Positions 5,293-10,185 of a stretch of DNA of 10,185 nucleotides are shown piece after piece. Made by a program: the position numbers and the translations under genes. Each line of letters starts with the position of its first letter. Within the stretch, counting starts at the first letter, position 1. A model generated the notes under the pieces. That model ran no database searches and was not told the DNA's origin. It saw only the letters and a list, made by a program, of their open reading frames with translations. The stretch comes from Candidatus Methylomirabilota bacterium. GTDB lineage: Bacteria; Methylomirabilota; Methylomirabilia; Rokubacteriales; CSP1-6. The stretch covers positions 1 through 10,185 of the forward strand of contig JBKPAK010000037.1 of NCBI GenBank assembly GCA_046726415.1. Reading direction: 5' to 3'.

Positions 5293-7571
5293 GGCCGCAA
5301 TGGCAATGCCTTGATCTCGACGCCGAGCGGGGCCAGGGCGTCGGCCACCGCGTTCGCGATAGCGCCGCCCGCCGCGGTGATCCCGTCCTCGCCTGCACCC
5401 TTCACCCCGAGCGGGTTCGTGGGCGAGCGATCCTCCTCGCGCATCCACAGCTCGACCGGCGGCATGTCGGCGGCCACCGGAATGTAGTACTCCATCAGCG
5501 TCCCTGTTGCGAGCTGGCCCTCCGCGTCGTAGACCAACTCCTCGTGGAGCGCGGCGCCCAGCCCCTGGGCCAGACCGCCGAAGAGCTGGCCCTCCACGAG
5601 CATCGGATTGATGGAGCGGCCGACATCGTAGGCGACGACATAGCGCAGGATCCGCGGCACGCCGGTCTCTCCGTCGACCTCGACGACGACGAGGTGCAGC
5701 CCATGGCTGTAGGTCATCCGGTCCTGCTGGTAGTACTCGAGCGCTTCCAGGCCGGGCTCCCTCCCGGCCGCCAGTGCGCGGGCCGGCGACGCTGCCCGGG
5801 CCACGTCGCGCAGCGACAGCGCGCGGTCGGCGACGCCTCGAACGTGCACCGCGCCGGTTCGCAGCTCCAGGTCCTGTGGATGCGCCTCCAGTTCGTGGGC
5901 GGCCACCGCCAGGATCTTGTCGCGCACGCGTTCGGCCGCGCGCACCACCGCGTTCCCGCCCATGACGGTGCCCCGGCTGCCAAAGGCGCCGACGCTGTCC
6001 GGCAGCATATTGGTATCGCCATAGCGGACGGTGACGTCGTCGTAGGACACGCCGAGCACGTCCGCGCAGATTTGGGCGAAGACGGTCTCCACGCCCTGGC
6101 CGACGGACGGGACCCCAGTGTACACGGCAACTTTGCCAGAGCCGTCCACGAGCACGCGAGCGGCCTCCCAGGGCCCGAGTCCCGACTTCTCCACGGCGTA
6201 CCCGAGCCCGATGCCGAAATGGCGGCCAGCCTGCCGGGCCCGCGCCTGCTCCTCGCGCAGCTCGCGGTAGCCCGCGCGATCGAGCGCCCACGCAAAGAGC
6301 CGTGGGTAATTGCCGCTGTCGTAGACGACCTTGCTGCCGAGCGTGGCCGTGCCGACTTCGTACGGCATCGCGTCGGGCAGGATGAAGTTGCGGCGCCGGA
6401 TCTCGGCCGGGTCCATCCCGAGTGCGCGGGCCGCCATGTCGACGAGGCGCTCGCGCACGAAATTCGCCTCGAACCGACCAGGCGCGCGGTAGGTGCCGGA
6501 CGGCGTTTTGTTGGTCACCACGCACGTGACCTCGGCCCGATAGTGGGGAATGCGGTAGGCACCGGGCAGGTAGCCCGCTGTATTGTTGGGCACCGTGGCG
6601 CCGTGGGTGCGGACGTAGGCGCCCAGGTTGCTCCAGAACCGGTCATGCATCCCGACGATTCCCCCGTCGCGGCGGAGGGCGATCGCAATCTCGTGGTACT
6701 GCTCCCGGGAGTGGTTGATAGCCTGAAGGTGCTCACGGCGGTCCTCTATCCAGAGGACCGGTCGCCGCGTGCGGATCGCCAGCAGGGCGACGAGGAAATC
6801 CTCGGGATACAACTCGCCTCGCGCCCCGAATCCGCCGCCGACGTCCGTCTGGAGGAAGTGGACGCTGTGCTCGGGCAGGCCAATGTGCTCGGCCAGGACA
6901 CGCCGGTTGAAGTGCGGCACCTTTGTCATGCCCCACATGCTCAGCACGCCGCGGCCGGGATCCCATTCGCCGAGCGCGCCGCGCGTCTCCATGGGCACCG
7001 CCGTGTGTCGCTGTACATAGAAGGTATCGCGCACGACGAGGTCTGCCTCGCGAAAGGCCCCGTCCACATCGCCATAGGCGACGTCATAGGTGACGACGGC
7101 GTTGGTCCCCTCCGCCTCGAACAGGAGCGGAGCTCCTGGCTCGCTAGCCCCTCGGGTGTCGACGAGCGCAGGCAGGGCCTCATACTCCACCTTGACGTGG
7201 TCGAGGGCGTCTTCCGCCAGGTAGCGGTCCTCGGCCACGATGGCCGCTATAGGCTCCCCAACGTAGCGGGCTTTGTCTCGCGCCAGCGGGTGCTGCAGAT
7301 AGCGGTTCATGCGGCCGCCGCGGTCGGACAGCCGCATGGGGATCGGGCGCGCCAGCTCCCGCAGGTCGACAAAGGTGACGGCGTCGACAACGCCCGGGCG
7401 CACGCGAGCCGAGGCCACGTCGACGGCCCGGATCCGCGCGTGGGCGTGCGGGCTCCGGACGATCGCGAGATGGAGGGTGCCGGGCCGTCGAATATCCGCG
7501 ACGAAGCGACCGTGGCCTTGCAGCAGGCGTCCGTCCTCACGCCGCTTGAGGCTCTGACCGACATAGCTCAT
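5250..7571 (-). CDS. Xanthine dehydrogenase family molybdopterin-binding subunit (CoxL/CutL-like, 773 aa)
   Basis: Family-typical N-terminus MSYVGQSLKRREDGRLLQGHGRFVADI and RSPHAHARI. Also PMETRG, VGGGFG, YRAPGR, GQGVET, GAFGSRG, INPMLVEGQLFGGLAQGLG and GVKGAGE (catalytic Glu). Confidence 0.95.
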   Translation of the reverse strand: MSYVGQSLKRREDGRLLQGHGRFVADIRRPGTLHLAIVRSPHAHARIRAVDVASARVRPGVVDAVTFVDLRELARPIPMRLSDRGGRMNRYLQHPLARDKARYVGEPIAAIVAEDRYLAEDALDHVKVEYEALPALVDTRGASEPGAPLLFEAEGTNAVVTYDVAYGDVDGAFREADLVVRDTFYVQRHTAVPMETRGALGEWDPGRGVLSMWGMTKVPHFNRRVLAEHIGLPEHSVHFLQTDVGGGFGARGELYPEDFLVALLAIRTRRPVLWIEDRREHLQAINHSREQYHEIAIALRRDGGIVGMHDRFWSNLGAYVRTHGATVPNNTAGYLPGAYRIPHYRAEVTCVVTNKTPSGTYRAPGRFEANFVRERLVDMAARALGMDPAEIRRRNFILPDAMPYEVGTATLGSKVVYDSGNYPRLFAWALDRAGYRELREEQARARQAGRHFGIGLGYAVEKSGLGPWEAARVLVDGSGKVAVYTGVPSVGQGVETVFAQICADVLGVSYDDVTVRYGDTNMLPDSVGAFGSRGTVMGGNAVVRAAERVRDKILAVAAHELEAHPQDLELRTGAVHVRGVADRALSLRDVARAASPARALAAGREPGLEALEYYQQDRMTYSHGLHLVVVEVDGETGVPRILRYVVAYDVGRSINPMLVEGQLFGGLAQGLGAALHEELVYDAEGQLATGTLMEYYIPVAADMPPVELWMREEDRSPTNPLGVKGAGEDGITAAGGAIANAVADALAPLGVEIKALPLRPERLSELIRARASA

Positions 7572-7633
7572 GGGCAATGCCCGTTTGACGAGGTCGCCAT
7601 CGTGCCGCGAGCGATGGTCGCTCGAATGTCCGG

Positions 7634-7663
7634 AGGATAGCCGAACCGCCAAAGGCGGGTCAA
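7634..7663 (-). promoter_or_regulatory. Putative sigma70 promoter for the Mo-hydroxylase gene
   Basis: Minus strand TTGACC (7663-7658), N18, TATCCT (7639-7634), about 60 nt upstream of ATG 7571. Confidence 0.45.
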
Positions 7664-7767
7664 TGCTCGCGCCCTTCAGCCGCGGCCATGTCGGGAGGGC
7701 GGCGTGGACGGAGCGGCCCCCCTTGTGGTGGTGGTGGAAAATCTCCCGCTGCGTGACGGGCTCGCGT

Positions 7768-7959
7768 CTAGGTTGCCAAAGCAACGTCAGACCAGGTGCG
7801 ATCCCATCCCCGGTCATAGGCTGCCTGGAGCAGACGCTGTCTCCCTCGCTCATCGAGCTTCCCGACGAGACGCTCGTATAGTGTCAGCAGATCTTCCGTG
7901 CCGATCTCATCTGGTGTGAGAAGCGCCGCGCCCATGCAACGAAGGTGATGCCGTGCCAT
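7768..7959 (-). CDS. Uncharacterised 63-aa protein; paralog of 9195..9428
   Basis: MARHHLRCMGAALLTPDEIGTEDLLTLYERLVGKLDERGRQRLLQAAYDRGWDRTWSDVALAT. SD-like AGGGGGGT, upstream sigma54 motif, and 20/29 identity to the paralog core. Confidence 0.75.
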   Translation of the reverse strand: MARHHLRCMGAALLTPDEIGTEDLLTLYERLVGKLDERGRQRLLQAAYDRGWDRTWSDVALAT

Positions 7960-8015
7960 GTGCCACCCCCCTGTTCCGCGGCCCTGCTTGAAGCTGTGAC
8001 TCTCTCGCGAGAGAC

Positions 8016-8032
8016 GTGCATCTCGTTTGCCA
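8016..8032 (-). promoter_or_regulatory. sigma54 (-24/-12) promoter
   Basis: Minus strand TGGCAAACGAGATGCAC = GG-N10-GC, conserved in sequence and distance with 9485-9501. Confidence 0.7.
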
Positions 8033-8056
8033 AAAGCCGCGGCGCTGGGGCCTCGC

Positions 8057-8085
8057 TTGACAGGCGGTGTCCCGGCAACGATGAT
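8057..8085 (+). promoter_or_regulatory. Putative sigma70 promoter for the HD-domain gene
   Basis: Perfect TTGACA (8057-8062), N17, GATGAT (8080-8085). Confidence 0.5.
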
Positions 8086-8133
8086 CGCGGCATCACGACC
8101 ATACTCGAACGCGCCGAAGCCGCCGAGCATGCC

Positions 8134-8828
8134 ATGAGCCAAGAGCTCGATCGACTCGTCGTGGTGAAGTCTGTCATCTACATCTCGGGCGAGCGCGATC
8201 CCAGGGAGCCGGTCCAGCGGCCTCCGGACGAGGGCAAGCGCTATCTCATGGGGCACGACCTGCGGCTGCCGCGCATGCCCGAGAAGCCCACCCTGTTCGA
8301 TTTCTTCAAGTATCGCTTCGGCCCTGCCAATCACCTTCTCCAGTCAGCGCGACTCGCGCAGGCGCCGGCGAAAAGCTCGTGCTGGCGTGCCTGGTGCACG
8401 ACATCGCCATCGCCGGCTTCATCCGAGGCGACCATGGCTACTGGGCCGCCGAGATGGTCGAACCCTACGTCGACGCAGAAGTGAGCTGGGCGATCCGGTA
8501 TCACCAGGCACTGCGCTTCTACCCCGACGAGTCCGTGGGTTACAAGTATCCGGAGCTCTACACGAAGCTCTTCGGAGACAACTATCAGCCCGACGCCTAC
8601 ATCGAGCGGGACTACCGCTACGCGCGCGAGCACAAGTGGTACATGACAGCGCGCCTGCTGACGGTCAACGACCTCTATGCTTTCGACCCTACCGTGAAGG
8701 TCGAGCTAGAGGAGTTCACGGACGTGGTGGGCCGGAACTTCAGGCAGCCCAAGGAGGGGCTGGGCTTCGACGCGACCCCGTCGGCGCACATGTGGCGCAC
8801 CATCATGTGGCCGACGAAGTACCTGTAG
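8134..8828 (+). pseudogene. HD-domain protein (PhnZ/MIOX-like motif pattern) with a frameshift near 8360-8375; start may lie upstream (8092)
   Basis: First frame: ...FDFFKYRFGPANHLLQSARLAQ. Second frame: EKLVLACLVHDIA...DHGYWAAEMVEPYV...WAIRYHQ...NDLYAFDP. Together these give the H..HD..H..H..D ligand series. Confidence 0.8.
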
Positions 8829-8945
8829 GACACCGCTGAATTCTCAACCGGGGCGGAGCCCGCCCGCGCGGGCGCTGCGGTCTAGCGCCTGTTTCGCGAG
8901 GAGCATCACGGGCCAGTGCTCGGACCTCCTGCCCGGGAGGCCAGT

Positions 8946-9098
8946 TCAGATGCGACCGGCCAACAATAGGATGACAATGATGAGGAGCACCAAGCCCAGC
9001 CCGCCACTGGGGTAGTACCCCCAGCCCGAGCTGTAGGGCCACAACGGCAGCGCACCGATCAGCAACAGAATCAAAATGATGAGAAGGATCGTGCTCAT
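8946..9098 (-). CDS. DUF3309-like small membrane protein (50 aa)
   Basis: Not in the ORF track. GGAGG SD, then MSTILLIILILLLIGALPLWPYSSGWGYYPSGGLGLVLLIIVILLLAGRI, containing the characteristic GALPxWPYSxxWGYYPSGGLG motif. Confidence 0.93.
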   Translation of the reverse strand: MSTILLIILILLLIGALPLWPYSSGWGYYPSGGLGLVLLIIVILLLAGRI

Positions 9099-9194
9099 CT
9101 GCAAGCCTCCATTCGTTGCAACATCTACAAGAAATCACCGAGGGATCGAGCCGAGCCGAACAGCCTGAACCACACCTGAAGGTGTCCTCCCTGG

Positions 9195-9428
9195 CTACGC
9201 GGCGACCTCCACTTCGCCTGCGTTTCGATCGCATCTCTGCTGCCGTGCCTTGAGTGGGCGCTGTCTGCCGTGGTGGTCGAGTGCGGCCTTGAGTAGGCGC
9301 TGTTTGCCCTGGTGGTCGAGCTTTCCGATGTAGTGTTCGTACAGAGTGAGTAGGTCCTTCGTATCAAGCCTGGCCAGTGTTTTCAAAAGGGTCAGCTGGC
9401 GTATGGCCGGGACGCGATGCGGTGCCAT
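9195..9428 (-). CDS. Uncharacterised 77-aa protein; paralog of 7768..7959
   Basis: Strong SD AGGAGGT, then MAPHRVPAIRQLTLLKTLARLDTKDLLTLYEHYIGKLDHQGKQRLLKAALDHHGRQRPLKARQQRCDRNAGEVEVAA. Upstream sigma54 motif. Confidence 0.8.
   Translation of the reverse strand: MAPHRVPAIRQLTLLKTLARLDTKDLLTLYEHYIGKLDHQGKQRLLKAALDHHGRQRPLKARQQRCDRNAGEVEVAA
9247..9320. repeat. 35-bp direct repeat, 39-bp period (in-frame 13-aa duplication)
   Basis: gccttgagtgggcgctgtctgccgtggtggtcgag (9247-9281) versus gccttgagtaggcgctgtttgccctggtggtcgag (9286-9320), 3 mismatches. Confidence 0.92.
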
Positions 9429-9473
9429 GTACCACCTCCTGTTCGGAACCACGGAGGAAATATATCCTCTCGA

Positions 9474-9501
9474 TGGCAATACAAGTGCATCTCTCTTGCC
9501 A
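9474..9501. promoter_or_regulatory. Overlapping bidirectional sigma54 promoters sharing one TGCA -12 element
   Basis: TGGCA-ATACAAG-TGCA-TCTCTCT-TGCCA reads GG-N10-GC on both strands and lies between divergent ATGs at 9428 (-) and 9534 (+). Confidence 0.7.
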
Positions 9502-9533
9502 GGAGCCCGCGAAGGGAGGTGCCGGGACGGATC

Positions 9534-9755
9534 ATGAAACCACTCGTGATCGTGGGGATCATCCTGATCGCGATCGGCGTCATCGCGTTGGCCTACGGAG
9601 GCCTGAGCTTCACCACCAGCGAAAAGGTGGCGGAGATTGGCCCGTTGAAAGTCGAGAAGGAGAAGACGCGGACTGTCCCTCTGCCTCCTCTGCTGGGCGG
9701 GGTGGCCCTCGCCGGGGGCATCGTGTTGCTCGTCGTGGGTGCCCGCAAGCGCTGA
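9534..9755 (+). CDS. DUF3185-like small two-TM membrane protein (73 aa)
   Basis: MKPLVIVGIILIAIGVIALAYGGLSFTTSEKVAEIGPLKVEKEKTRTVPLPPLLGGVALAGGIVLLVVGARKR: TM, IGPL beta segment, PLPP, TM. GGGAGGT upstream. Confidence 0.88.
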   Translation: MKPLVIVGIILIAIGVIALAYGGLSFTTSEKVAEIGPLKVEKEKTRTVPLPPLLGGVALAGGIVLLVVGARKR

Positions 9756-9952
9756 GGAGTGAGCCGGGTTCCGCGAGGCGCGTTTCTAGGTCTCCCATCT
9801 CGCTAGCCCAAGGGAGCGCCCGGCCTCCGCGGCGAAGCGCTCCAGCGCCGGCGCATCCATCTGAGGGCGGGGCCTCAGGATCAACCGGCGGACTCCGGCC
9901 GCCGCATAGGCCTCGACTGTCGTTTTGTCCGGCAGATCGAGACCCGGCGGGG

Positions 9953-10021
9953 TCACGCTGGTCTCCAGTGGGCCCAGTTCCGGCGGTCGCGGACACTGTC
10001 CGAGTGCAATCCGAATTTCAC
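9953..10021 (-). other. 22-codon ORF behind a perfect SD (small peptide or gene remnant)
   Basis: GAGGAGGT, 6 nt, then GTG AAA TTC GGA TTG..., translating to MKFGLHSDSVRDRRNWAHWRPA*. Confidence 0.35.
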
Positions 10022-10185
10022 CAGGGCACCTCCTCAGTTCATGGCGCGATCACTGGCATCACCGGTGGCCGCGGTTGCGTTTTCGCGGCGAGCCGGGGTG
10101 AGCCGTGATCCATGCGCGGGCTCACGAGCGGCCGGATGTGTGGTCGCGATTGCGTGTTATAGCACGAACGCGCGATCGCCTCTGT

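Noticed and set aside
5250-7571. Calling this gene coxL (aerobic CO dehydrogenase)
   Set aside because: It lacks the Cu-binding AYxCSFR motif and has no coxM/coxS neighbours.
5544-7640. 698-aa + strand ORF, and similar long ORFs 5011..6525, 465..1529, 2761..3471 and 4267..4911
   Set aside because: These are antisense or off-frame shadows of well-supported genes in GC-rich DNA and show no recognisable motifs.
7572-7853. 94-aa N-terminal extension (with HHHH) of the Mo-hydroxylase ORF
   Set aside because: Family similarity starts at MSYVGQS. The extension overlaps the 63-aa gene and a putative promoter, and the His run is a short GGT microsatellite.
8851-8875. Intrinsic terminator between the HD and DUF3309-like genes (GGGCGG-AGC-CCGCCC)
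   Set aside because: It is a short GC hairpin with no U-tract on either strand, which is expected by chance at this GC content.
9377-10108. 243-aa (+) and 128-aa (-) ORFs at the right end
   Set aside because: Low-complexity Pro/Arg/Gly translations that overlap real small genes and lack SD or motifs.

Overview
GC-rich bacterial window with no rRNA, tRNA, CRISPR array or transposase. Left to right it holds: a divergent pair of paralogous uncharacterised proteins built from 22-aa amphipathic 'IGGD' repeats; an N-terminal metallophosphoesterase fragment joined tail-to-tail to a truncated pstA; pstC; a frameshifted pstS with a PHO-box-like promoter; a DksA/TraR C4 zinc-finger gene divergent from a Rid-family gene lacking the catalytic Arg, with 33-bp tandem repeats and a hairpin between them; a stand-alone xanthine dehydrogenase/CoxL-like Mo-binding subunit; a frameshifted PhnZ-like HD protein; and small membrane proteins resembling DUF3309 and DUF3185. 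The most notable signal is two paralogous 63/77-aa unknown proteins, each with a sigma54 (-24/-12) promoter exactly 57 nt upstream of its ATG. One of these promoters is a symmetric bidirectional TGGCA-N7-TGCA-N7-TGCCA element that also points into the DUF3185-like gene. The lesions (two frameshifts and one junction) could be real decay or assembly error. All family calls come from motif recognition, not database searches.
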